Positions 37,801 through 49,800 of a stretch of DNA of 64,000 nucleotides are shown in pieces. A program made the position numbers and the translations under genes. The notes beneath the pieces are model-generated. The model had not been told where the DNA came from. It saw nothing but the letters and a program-made list of their open reading frames with translations, and did no database searches. The DNA is from Rhizaria sp. SCN 62-66 (taxonomy: Eukaryota), in NCBI GenBank assembly GCA_001724265.1, contig MEDY01000078.1:1-64000 (forward strand), given 5' to 3'. Positions within the stretch are counted from its first letter, which is position 1. The number at the start of each line of letters is the position of its first letter.

Positions 37801-40800
37801 GCGGAGGCGTCGGGACCGAAAAAGTCCGGCGCGGTGGGCACGTTGAGCGACTTGAGCGCGACTGCGGCCTCAAGCGGGGTGAGCATAGGCGCGGTGTGCG
37901 TGGTCAGCAAGAGGGCGATTTGCTCAGCAAAGCCCCAGATGAAGGAATGCATGGAGTGAGCGTCGCTGGGGAGCGCCAAGAGAGGCGGCTGGAGAGACAA
38001 CGCGGACGGAGTCACATTGCCACTCACGACGTTGACGTAAACGCTCTTGCTGCTGTTGCTGCAGACTGAAAATGGGGACGGCAGCGCAAGGACGTCGCTG
38101 TCGCCGAGCCAGCCGGGGGGCAGCGGGGCGGCAAGCGCCGCCAGCTGCAGCGGCGTCGGTGTCAACAGCGCAGCGAGAGCGACGTCGCGCGCGAAAAGCT
38201 CGGTCTGAGACGCCTTCAGCACCATGTCTGACTGCAGCTGCTGCTGCTGCTGCAGTAGCTGCGCCAGAGACAGGTGGGAGTTTGTGTGCCTGGCGCTGTC
38301 ACTGGCACTGGCGGCAGAGCTGACCTTGCTCTCGGTGCGCGCGGTGTTGTCGACGGTTGCGGGGCCGGAGAGAGAGGCCGGCATGGACGTCACCGTGACG
38401 GCCGCGGGGGCGGTTGCGACCGACCACTGCTTGCTTGTCGTGCTAGAGACCTTGCTGACGTCGCTGATCTCCGCATCGAAGCTAGAGCCGGAGCCAGAGC
38501 CAGAGCCAGAGCCGGAACCAGAGGCTGTGCCGACAGGAGCGGAGGCGGAGATCGGCAGCGCAAAGCCGATGACGGCAGGAGCGGCGGCGGAGCCGACGAT
38601 CACGTCGTTGCTTTTGCTCGCGCTCGCTGCCAGCGACGACTCTGAAGAGTGCTTGAACCCGCTGATGCTGCCCTTGCTGCCGGAGCGAGAGCTCTGGGCG
38701 GCAGCAGCGGCAGCAACAGTAGTCGTCACAGCGGCCGTGGCGTCAGCAACAAACGCCGCGTAGTCGTACGGGGCCACGGCGTTCACAGCGCCCACTGTCG
38801 CGAGCCGCTGCCGGCGCAACTGTCGTCGCTCGGCCGCAGTCAGGAGCGGCATCAGCGCCGCCGCCCGCGCGTGCGTCAACGCGACGCCGCTGCCGGAGCG
38901 GGCGAGCGCCAGGGCAGTCACCGCGTCGCTGTCAGAGCGCGTAAAGGCGCCCTTGCTGGACGTAGAGCTGCCCTTAGACTTGAACAAGCCGTCATACGTG
39001 ATGCTCAAAACCTTGCTCGAAGAAACAGCGTTGGCCTTCTCAGACTGAACTTCTGCAACATTGGCGCTCTGTTTGTTGTCCCGAGATGTCGACGCAGTTG
39101 CCGCGGTGGCGGCGCTTGCGGCGGCACTAGCGACCACCAGGTCGTCGAGCCGCCGCGCGTCGCCGGCCAGGAGCCGCGTGAGCGCCACGGAGAGCGCCGA
39201 CATGAGCACGAGGACCACTGCGAAGATGCCCAGCAGGATGCCGACTTCGGCCCCGTGCCAGCCCAGGCCGCCGCGCACGCCGCCCACGGCCGTCACCAGC
39301 GGCCGCGCCGCCGCCGCGATCAGCAGCACGGCCGCGAAGCTCGTGCCGGCGAGGAGCAGCGCCACCGCGGCCCGCAGCCCGCGCTGGGCGCCGGCGCCGG
39401 CGGAGGCGGCCTGCGCGGCGGCCGAGAGCCACAGCCACGGGTGGCGGCGCATCGCCAGAGAGCGGAACATCAAGGCCGTGAGGGTAGACGGCGGGCGGGC
39501 GCTGAGGCGGCGCTCGGAGGCGGCGGCGCGGCGGGAAAGGACCGTGAGCAGGCGCGGGCCGACCGAGAGCAAGAGGCGGTCGGCGGAGCTGCAGCGGTAC
39601 TGGGGCAGAAGTGGGCGCTTTGATGAAGATGGGGACTGCTTCTTTTGAGGAGTCGAGTCAGGACTGTGAACGGCAATGACAACGACGTCGGTGTCATTAT
39701 GAATTCCATCAGTACCATGACCACTGAGGTGGCGAGTGCTGCAACTCTCCCCCGCAAGACCGATGCTGTCGACAGCGCGCCCGTCAGCGACATTGGCAGC
39801 GGCGAGAGCCTGCAGCCAGGCGAGCCGTTGCGCCAACACGGCCAGCAGCATGCGCTGCCGCGCCGCGCGCGCCGCGGCCACGGCCAGCGACCGGCCGGCC
39901 GCCGCCGTGACCGCGGCGGACACAGCCTCGGTTGTAGCCTCCGGGGCGCCGTTCGCGTCGCCAGTCTCAGCCGGCGTCGGCGCAGCGTCCACGTCCACAC
40001 TGGCATCGTCGCCGTCGTCGTCGTCATCATCATCGTCGTCGTCATCGTCCCCATCGTGGCCGCCGTTAGCCGTAGCGCTCGCCTTGGTCCTGTTCTTGGC
40101 GCTGATCTTGGCGTGCGCGGCAGCAGCGGCGGCGAGAACGTCAGTGTTGTCGGTCGGGTACGCGTGGCCCAGGGCGCGGGCCAGCATCGCCAGACGGCGC
40201 AACGACGGCAAAGGGGGAATCGGGGGCGGCCTCAACGCGGCGGCGGCGTCGGCAGCGGTGCGCGCCGTCATACTAGCGGGCGTCGTGAGCGCTGGAGCGG
40301 CCAGAGCGGCCTCTTGGTGCGCCCGGAGACGGTAATAGAGCGCAACAGCGAGACGCCACGTGAGAGGCCGCTTTGCAAAGCGGGCGGTGGTCTTGCCGTC
40401 ATTGTCGACATCGCGCTCGTCGGTACCGTCGCGGCTGCTGATAGTCTCGTCCGCGTCATCGTCAGAGTGGTACTCGCGGTAGTCGGCCGGAGAGCGCAAG
40501 TAGACGCTGCCGATGTCGCCGCCGCAGTCGTCGCCGTCGCTGTCGAGGTCGTAGTCGTAGCCGTCGCAGGTGCACTCGCTCTCGCACGTGTACGCGCAGC
40601 CAGCTTGTTCGCCCTCCGCTCCGGCGGCACCAGCAGCAGGAGCAGCGGCATTAGCAACGGTCTTAACCGCGGCCTTCTTGTGCGCGTTCACGCGGGAGCG
40701 CGCGCTAGTCCTGTTGAGATACGAGTAGAAGCACGGATCTTCGTCCCGCAGCGCCCGGTCGACGCGCGCAGTGATGTCGAACGCCGTAGCCAGCGTCGCC

Positions 40801-43800
40801 GCGTCGCCGCCGGGACCCAGAGGCTGCAGCAAACCGCGCAGCAAGTCGGTTTCCCCGGCAAGCTTCGTAGATTTCTTGCGCTTGTCGGCGTCGGCAGCAG
40901 AGAGAGAAGAATTGGATTTGGCCAAGGCAGCCTCGTCTCCGTTCGCAGTCTTGGTCTTGCTCCCGCTCGCGTTCCGCGGCATCGCTGAGCTCGTGTATCG
41001 GTGCTGGTAGTGTTGTTGTTGCTGTTGCACGTGCAGACGCTGTTGCTGCTGCAAATGCTGCAAATACGTCAACGGCGGTGATTGCGTCTGCGAATGCAGC
41101 GGCAGGGGTGGCGCTGCAGGCGGGGGCAGAGGACCTCCAAACCCGCCTCTAGCAGCGGCAACAGGGTTCCCATGAGCGCTCGCACCGATGTGCGCAATCT
41201 GACGGTGAGGAGGCACATACCCGGATGACGATGACGGGTTCAGCGCAGCCAAGTCACTGCCGTCTACAGCATCTGCGTCACCAGCGCCCGCGTTCGTAGT
41301 ACCAAAGCGGCACGAGTCGGACCCGATGGCAGTGGAGTTGAGCAAGCCCGTCTCTAGCAACGCCCCGTCAACGCCACCGCCAACCACCGCAGGGCTGCCG
41401 CCAACGCCGCCGGCGCTCGCTGCGCCGGTGGCGATGAACTGCTCAGACAGCGCGGACGCGACGCTCGCCTCTACCGCAGCGGCGGTGCTAAACACCAGCA
41501 GCAGCGCCGCCACCAGCGCCACGGCGGCGACGATCACCAGAGCGATGCCGGCCGGGTGCTCGATCAGCAGCGTCGGGTTCGTGAAAATGGACCGCAGCGA
41601 CTGCGCGCGCCACCACGCGCTGGTGTCCTGGCTGTCGTCGACGGTGTCGGTGATGCCCTCGTCAGTGGGGATCAGAGGCAGCACGCCGTAGCGCAGCCGC
41701 ATCGGGCCCAGGTGGTGCGAGCAGCGGCACACAGCGCTATCCAAGTCGAGGAACGCGAGCTTGCAGCCAGAGGTGGACCAATAGTCGACCTCCGAAACGT
41801 ACTCGACGGCCTCGGCCTCCTGGACGTAGTTCTCGCTGGCCTGTTCGACCGACTCGAGGAAGTCGGTCGACACGTCGGTGCCCAAGAATACCTCGGCGGC
41901 GCGGCGGGTGACAGCCTGGTCCGTGCCGGTGTAGTGATTCAGGATCGTGTGCAGACTCGCGTCCTTGGACAGCGGCGTCACCGTCTCGACGGCGCGCATC
42001 GCCTTCTTGTACCGCGACAGCGTTCCCGCGTAGATGGCCTTCTCGGCCGCAGTGGTCTCAGCCTCGGGCCCCGGCGGCATGGGCCCGTTGGCCGACGTGC
42101 GTGGGCTCGCTGACGGCGACGCGAAGCGGATCGCGCTCTGCCCGGAGTAGGCCAGCGGCGGCCGGTACCACTGGCAGTGGATGCGCGACGTCACGGCCGC
42201 AACCAACCCCGCGGGCAGCGCGGGGATCGACGACAGCGGCACGATCGCGGGGCTAGACTTGGTGCCACTAGTAGTGCGGGGAGCAGCGGACTGGGGCGCC
42301 TTGCCGCGCCCGCGACTATTGCTGAGAGAAGAGAGAACAGACGCGGCCTCGGCGTCACTGGCGGCAAGGGCAGCACGCAGCGCGGCAATGTCTTCGCTCT
42401 CGCTCACACGTGCACTGCTATAGAGCTCGGGCTGGTCTTGCCGGGCGCTCGCTGTCGTGTTGCCCGTGGTGTTTGACGTGGAATTTGTCGCGTCGCCGCT
42501 GGGCTGGGCGAGGAACGACGCCGTGTACTCCATGTTGGCCTTGATCTTGAACGACAGCTCGCGCTGCATCGCCAGGCTCTGCTCAAAGTAGTACTTGCGC
42601 ACGAGCTTGACGATGGGAAACTTGTGCGGAATGCGGACGAGAATGGCCGTGTTGACGCCCTCGATGCCTGCAATGGTGCTCTGGAGCGGCACGCCGCGCA
42701 GGGGCAGCGCGCGCGGCACGGGTGGCCATGAGAGCATCGGGAGAGAGACGTTCAGCTGGTCGCGCATGCTGAATGTGCACGCGGAAACGATCGCTGCAGG
42801 CGTCGTCGTCGTCGTCGTTGCGCTTGCACTGGGGCTGAACACGAAATCGGAATCGTAGCGATCCGCAGCAAGAGTCACGTCGGAAGCCAGTGAGCGCAAA
42901 CCCGCAGTCGTGGTCGCGCTACCGCTACTGCTACTGCTAGAACTAGAGCTAGAGCTGCTGGTGGCGTTCTTGGTCGTCACCTGCGCGCCGGTGCCGCTAG
43001 CGCCGTCAGCAGCCACCTCTGGCTCGATCAGCGAGCAGTCGTCCATGAAAGTGTACCGGGCGGGCGCGTTGGGGTGCTTCGGCGCGTACCCGCGGGTGAA
43101 GTAGCGGCCCCAGGACAGGAGCGTCGTCACGTCGCGCGCGAGAGCGGAGTCGTCGCTCCACAGGTCAGACGTGGTCGCCGTCGCAGTATCAGTCGCCGTG
43201 GTCGAGAAGCGGGAGCGAGAGCGCTTGCCACTGCTGCTCTTCCTCTGGCCATGGCTCTGAGAGACTGAGTCGGCGCTGTTGACCGCAGACGCCGCAATGA
43301 GGCGCGCCGTGTGGCGCAGCGCCTGCAACCGCTCCGCGCTGCGCAGCGCACGGGCACTGGGAACGCTGTGGCCCTGCTGCTGCGCGGCTGCAGTCGCCGC
43401 AACGAGCTTGTGTGCAATAGTCGCCGTCGCGGCCAGCGCAACACGCACCTGCTCAGGTGTCATCGTGTCCGCTGTGTCGCTCTCAGAGAGTGACTGCGTC
43501 GAAGAGCGCTTACCCCCGCTCTGGCTGCGTGTCCGTGAGCTGTAGTAAGCCGGGTCCGAGTCGAGATTGGCCAGCGTGGTGACGGCGGCCGTCTTGCTCG
43601 AGGAACTGGACTTCGTTACCGCCTCAACGATGCGCCGCGCCAGAGTCACACCGAGGTTGCGGAACGTCGCGTGCACCCAGCTCGACGCGTGCTCAAGGGG
43701 CGCACCGAGCCGCAGCTTCTCCCATATCACAGTGTGGAGGTCAAAGTCCGCGCCGCCACGGCCGGTCCATTCGTACACGTTCGCGCTGGAGTTGGTTGTA

Positions 43801-46800
43801 GAGCTGCTGTTGACGAGCGTGCGCTCGGGCTGCTTCGGCGCGCTGACAAACGCCTCGGTCAGTTCGCGGTACTTATCGCTCAAGTAGGCGTGGAAGTAGT
43901 CCAGCTCGTCGGCGGCGCGGCGCGAGTCGTCCGGGTCCGACATGTTGCGCGCCAGAACCGAGTTGAGGTTCGCGGGACTGCGCAGGCGCGGGTTGAGCCC
44001 CTGCGCGAACGTGTAGTGCACGATGTCCGACACGTTCAGCGCCAGGTTGTCGTGCGTGCAGCGCGAGAGGGCAATCGACGAGCGGGCCGTCTTGACGAGC
44101 GTGTCGTCGACTGTTGTCGTCGAGCTGTTGGAGTACGTCGCGATAGCGTCGGCGCGGACCTCGTGCGTATACGTCGTGCGCTTGAGGCAGGCGGCAATGT
44201 AGCCGATGGCGGCCGCGCCCTTCATCGTGGTGCGGACCGTGTCGAGGTGGCCGAGCGCGGTGGGCACGAGCAGACTCTGGCGCAGACTGCTGACGTTGAT
44301 GTCCGTCTCGCTGCTGTCGTCGCTGCCGTCGGCGCTGTCCGAGAGCACGATCGTGCTGCCGCTGTCGCTGTCTTTGTCCGTCTTGGACCAAGTGTAGTCG
44401 ACGACGCGGCGGTTCAGCTGCGAAAGCACCACGCGCGGCAGCCACATCGCGTGCAGCCGGTCGCCGCCCGGGTCACTATTGCGGTCCACATCCGCGCTGT
44501 GCGCCAGAGACAGGATGGTGGCGCCACCGGCCAGCGCGGCGGCGTCGCCCCGGAAGGAGAAGCGGCGCATGGCCTGGCGCACGCTGACGCGGTCGGCGAC
44601 GACCGTGGCTTCGCTGTAGCCGATCGGCAGGCCCGTGCTGGAGCCGGTCGCGGCCCACTCGTCCAGAGACGTGTCGACCAGCAGTGAGTTGATGTCCGGA
44701 TGGGGCGCCGAGCCGGGGTCAGTGTCGGCGCCGTCACCAGTGCCGTCGCCGCCGTCGCTGATGAGGATGGGAGTGACTGCGACGTCGCCGTCGCCGCCGC
44801 CCGCGGCCGCAAAGCTCGCGTAGATATCACGGCGAGGGCTAGTGTCGGTGCTTTGCGACCAGAAGTCGGCTGTCGCGGCGTAGTCGGCACTGACCTCAGC
44901 ATCGCCCGTGCTGCTTGTGCTCTGTGCAGTCGGATACGCGTTCAATGCGTGCGTGTTCTCGCTCGTAAACAGGTCGCGCGACGACAGCACCACGCGGCCC
45001 TCGCCCACGGCGTGGCCCGCGATAGCGCTGAGGCCGAGCAGGGGGCCTGAGCGCACGAAGGACTCGAACACAGAGGTCGCAATCAGCGAACGCGTGCTCA
45101 TAAGCTCCGCAGTCACGTAGCGGGAAGCAATCAGCATGCGCAAAAGGTTGGCCTTGTCCTGCTCTTCCTGGGAAACTGTGTCCGCCAGCACCCTCATGTG
45201 GGCACCTGCAGTCGATGGAGCGCTGACAGAAGTGCGCGCGCGCATGGAGAGCTGCTGCTTGCGGCTCTGCTTCGCAACAGTGAGCATGTCCGTGCCCGTC
45301 GTCAGCAAACTGTCGAGGTCGAGCTTGTTCAACCGCGCACGCGTACTCGGACTTGCAGCCGCGAATGGCCTCTGCATCATCGCGTTGATCGCACCCACAT
45401 CGCTGCTGATCATCTTCGGATTCTTGCCAGTGCCCGCGCTCTTCGCACTAAAACTACTGCTCATGCTGCTGCTGCTGCTGCTGTTGCTGCCGTTGGTGCT
45501 GTTGGTGGTGTTTTGACCAGGCGAGTCGGGCATGATGCACCGCCCTGTCTGGCACGACTGCACCCACTGCTTGAGCACGTACTCGCTGTGCGTCAGAATC
45601 ATCGACGTGGCGTTGCTGACCAGGTGCCACGCTAGCGACGCGTCGCGGATCAGCCCGCGCCGCGTCAGCGAGCCCACCGACAGCGGCGGCGGCGACGTCA
45701 TCAGCCGCGTAAAGAAGCTGTGGTGAGCTGTGGCGATTGCGTCGCCGAACTGGGCCGCGCGCTCGAAGGCCTTGGCCAGCTGGACGGGGTCCGCCGTTGC
45801 AGAAGTCGTGGTGCTGGAGCCGGAGTCGGTGGCCGTGGGCGCAAGGCCGTGGGTGTTGCCGGCGAAAAGGCTCTGGAGAGCGTAGTCCTTGAAATCGCCC
45901 TCATTCGCGCTAAGAGTGCTAAAAGCCTCGTATTCGGTGTCTGCCATCGATGAAGACGCAGACTCAGTGGTTGCATTCATCATGACAACGTCATTGGGCA
46001 CGTAGACAGTGCTTGACAGCGGATTCCCAGGCAAGAACAGCCTCGTCACAGTCTCGATCTGGAATTTAAACAGCTCACGCAGAGCCGCCGAGCAGAGCCA
46101 CGCTGCGTCGAGTGAAATAGCGCGCGCGCCGGCCTGTGCAGACGTGGCGACGACGCCGATGTTGTCAGACGTCTGCAAAATCGTCGCGATATTGATGAAC
46201 GCGGCGAGACCGAACGAAATGGGCATCTTTGACCGCAAATCTACGGCGGCCGAGAGCATCGACATGAGCCGATTCACGATGGCATCAGGCGCGCCGATCG
46301 CGGACACGTAGCCCGCGCGCTGCAGAGAGGTGAAACCGAGCAGGTACTGCTGTCCGTCAATAGCGCGATCGCCGAGCCCGTCGCCGACGACCGTGGGCGG
46401 GGCGGGAAACGCGGGCGCGGTCGTGTCCGGGATCGTCGTCGCGAGCGTGGACCAGGAGTGATCGCTGCTGTCGGAGCCCGCGGCGTGAGCGGCGGACGCG
46501 CTCGTCGAGGTGTCGTCGCTAGCGTCAGGGACCAGCGTGTTGGCGGTCGACGTCGTCGTAGTCGTCTTCGTCGTCGAGTTCACGACCATGCGCGGCGCCG
46601 TCAGCCCGTAGAGCGTGGGGTCGATGCGCGGCGACATGGTGAACACGGCGCCCCACATGTTCGCGCCGCCGCCGTACAGCGCCGCCGCGGCCGCGTTGGC
46701 GGCGGGGTCGGTGAAGCTCGTCACCATGGGCAGCAGCCGCGTCTGCGGCGCGACCGAGGGGTGGGAGCTGCGCCACAGATTCGCGACGGTGCCGGTGGAC

Positions 46801-49800
46801 ATGATCGAGTACACCATGAAGTCGGTGATGTGCAGCGGGTAGTCGAAGATGCCCAGGAACGTCGCCGTGTCGCCCGTCACGGTCACCGTCACGGGGGCCT
46901 CACCAGTGGTGTCGGCGAGGGCCGGGTCGGACGCATTCGGGACGCGGCCGCGACGGATGCGGTCCTTGATGTACACGATCACGGGCGAGTCCTCGTCCGT
47001 CACCGTCGTCGTCGCCGCCGTCGATGCAGTGTTCACGTCGCCGCTATCGCTCGAAGCGTCAGCAAACACAGTCCCGTCAGCGTCGTTGTCTTGGGTAATG
47101 TTGTCAGCGTTAGCGTCACTTGTTGCAGCGGTCGCAAAGCGCCGTGTGTTGCTGCCGTTCGCGCGTTGCGTACCAATATGCTTGCTAAACGCGGCCGCAC
47201 TCGTGTTTTCTGTTGTCGCGGTTGTCGTGTTGGTGGCGTTGCTCGAGCTGCTCGTCGTGACACGGTCCTTGTACATGATGTCGTACACATATCGCGCGAT
47301 GCCAAACGTGTCCGAGTGCACGTCGACGCCCTGGTACAGCGTCGTCGCGATCAACGCCAGCTGCGTCAGGCCGGACCCGTCGCAAAGCAGCCGCGTCTGC
47401 GCGTTGGCGGCGGCCTCTGCGAGCACCTGCGCCGGAAACAGCACCACCGGGTCCAGCGCAGCCACCGCGGCGGCAGACAGACAGGTAGGACAAGCCGTCG
47501 CCGTCGCGCGGGCGGCCTGGAACACGCGGTGCGCGGCGCGCACGGCGACGGCGCGCACGTTGGCCTCCCAGAGCAGGAAGATGTCGCGCGCCGAGTAGGA
47601 GCTGAAGAGCAGCCGCAGCGGGTCGAAGAAGCCGTTCGCCAGGAACGTGGCCGCCTCGTCCGACTCGGGCTTGTGCGAGAACGCGGGCAGCACATGCTCG
47701 GTGGCCGTCAGCATGCGGTCGTACACCGTCACCGTGAACACCGTCACGCCGGGCGCAACAACGAGGTCCGCGACCAGGTTTCCGCCGTTGGGTGCCACGA
47801 AGATGTCCGACACGCGCACGGACTCGCGCGCCTGCGCGGCCGCCAGAGTGGGCCCGCGCTGCGCGTGGACGACGTAGCGGTTGGGGGCCAGGACGCGCGC
47901 GCTATCGTCGTCGTCGCGGTTCGACCAATGCGCGCACTGCAGCCGCACGCGCTCGAGCAGCGACGTCTTGACGGACTCGAACACTGTCCCGCTGCCGCTC
48001 GCGGTCGACGCCCGGGGCATACCGGAGGCAGAGCCGGCATTTTTGTTGTTGTTATTGTTGTTGAAACGATGTTTGTTGAGCTTTGATTTGATACTGGCAA
48101 GCTTGGCCGCAATCGCAGGGTTGAGCTTCATTTCTTGCTCAAACTCTGCAGCTTCAATATCATTCAAGTAGCTATACGCAGCGGCAGTCTCTCCGTCCAC
48201 GCCGTCCGTCTTGCTCGACGTGATGCCGCCGCCGTCGTCAGTCGCGGCCCCGTCGACGGTCGCGTTGAGCGGCACGACAAGCACCGAGATAGGCCCCATC
48301 GCCGTCAGCGTGCACGCGGCGCCCGTGGTGGCCGACACGGGCGGCGTCCGCGTTCGGATCGCCACCGTGGAGGAGCTAAGCTCGCCGGGCAGAGGGCCGG
48401 GGGGCAGCGAGGCGACGTAGCTCGCGTTGAGGTACTCAGAGGGGATGCGCTCTGAGCCGAAGATGTGGGCGCGGAAGACGTAGTCGCGGCCGGAGACGAG
48501 AGCGTTGCGCTCCAGCACGAGAAGCTGCGAGTGCGGGCCCAGGGCGGGCGAGCGCGTGACCGAGAGACGCGCGGAAAACGTCAAGCCGTCGTCCTCGTAG
48601 CCGCTGATCTCGTCGCTCTCAGAGTGATCGTCGCCGTCATCCTCGGCTGAGTCGTAGAGGTTGTCGTAGGGGATCTCTTGGTGGGTGTCGTCCGCGCCTG
48701 CGAGCGGGTTTACGGTCACCAACCCGCTCGCCAGCGACAGACACGGCCCCCCGCCGGCCTCGTCTGTGGCGTTGGCGATGGCCCACGCGATGGGCGGCTG
48801 CACGGGTTTGGTGCCCGCGGACGACTGATCGGGGTTGCGGCCCACGAGCGTCTGCACACCCGTGCCCGTCACCACCACCACGGCCGGGTCCGCCAGGTCC
48901 ACGTTGCGGGTCTCGCAAGACCACAGCACGGAGTATCGCCACCGGCTGTCCGCGGTCACCGTCGCGTTCGCGGTGCCAGAGCTCGAGTTCGTGCCCGCGC
49001 CGGCGGAGTCCGTCGACAGGATGGAGTTGGCGTAGGCCGGCATCACGAAGGGGCGCGCGGTCAAATGCGTCCGCTCTGCGCTCGAATAGGAGCCGGGCAC
49101 TTGATACGGCAGCGAGCGCGGGTAGCCGAGCACTGAGCTTGCCGTGATCGCGGGCGCCACCGCGAACACGGACGCGAAGCGCATGGGATACACGAGCTGC
49201 AGTGTGGTGGCGCGCACACCGACGCTCACGGTCACCTCGAGCAGCAGCGCGGGCGGCGACGCGTCGGTGAGTACGCTCGTCTCGTTGATCGCGGCCGCGA
49301 TGGCGGCATTGGTGACGTTAGCGACGCTGCCGGTGAACTGAGCCGCGAGCGCCGCGGGGCAGGCGCGGAGGATGTACACGGTGGTCGGCGTGGAGGCGAG
49401 CGTGGAGGCGGCACTGAGCTCCGCAGCAGCAGCGTCAACATCAACATCAGCATCAGCAGGAGGGTCCGGAGGATATGGGATATCACCATACACGTCGAAA
49501 GCGATGTTGTCGCTCGAAGTATCCGCATCACTAGTGTTCCAGCTACCAATACTGATGAAGGACGCATCGTCAAGAGTGGAACTGCTCCGTGTCGCGAAAC
49601 CGCGGTTTGTCTTGACGGTAATACCACGTTGACGCTGACTGCCACGATCGCTCGCACTCGCGCCCAAGTCGGCGGGAGGCAGCAGCGCGCTGCCGGCACT
49701 CTGCTGCGCGCTGGACTCTTCGTTATCGCCCGCAGCGCGCGTCATCGTGGGCAGCGCACCCTGCTCCTGCCGCGTGCTGACCTGCGGAAACCGCAGCAGA

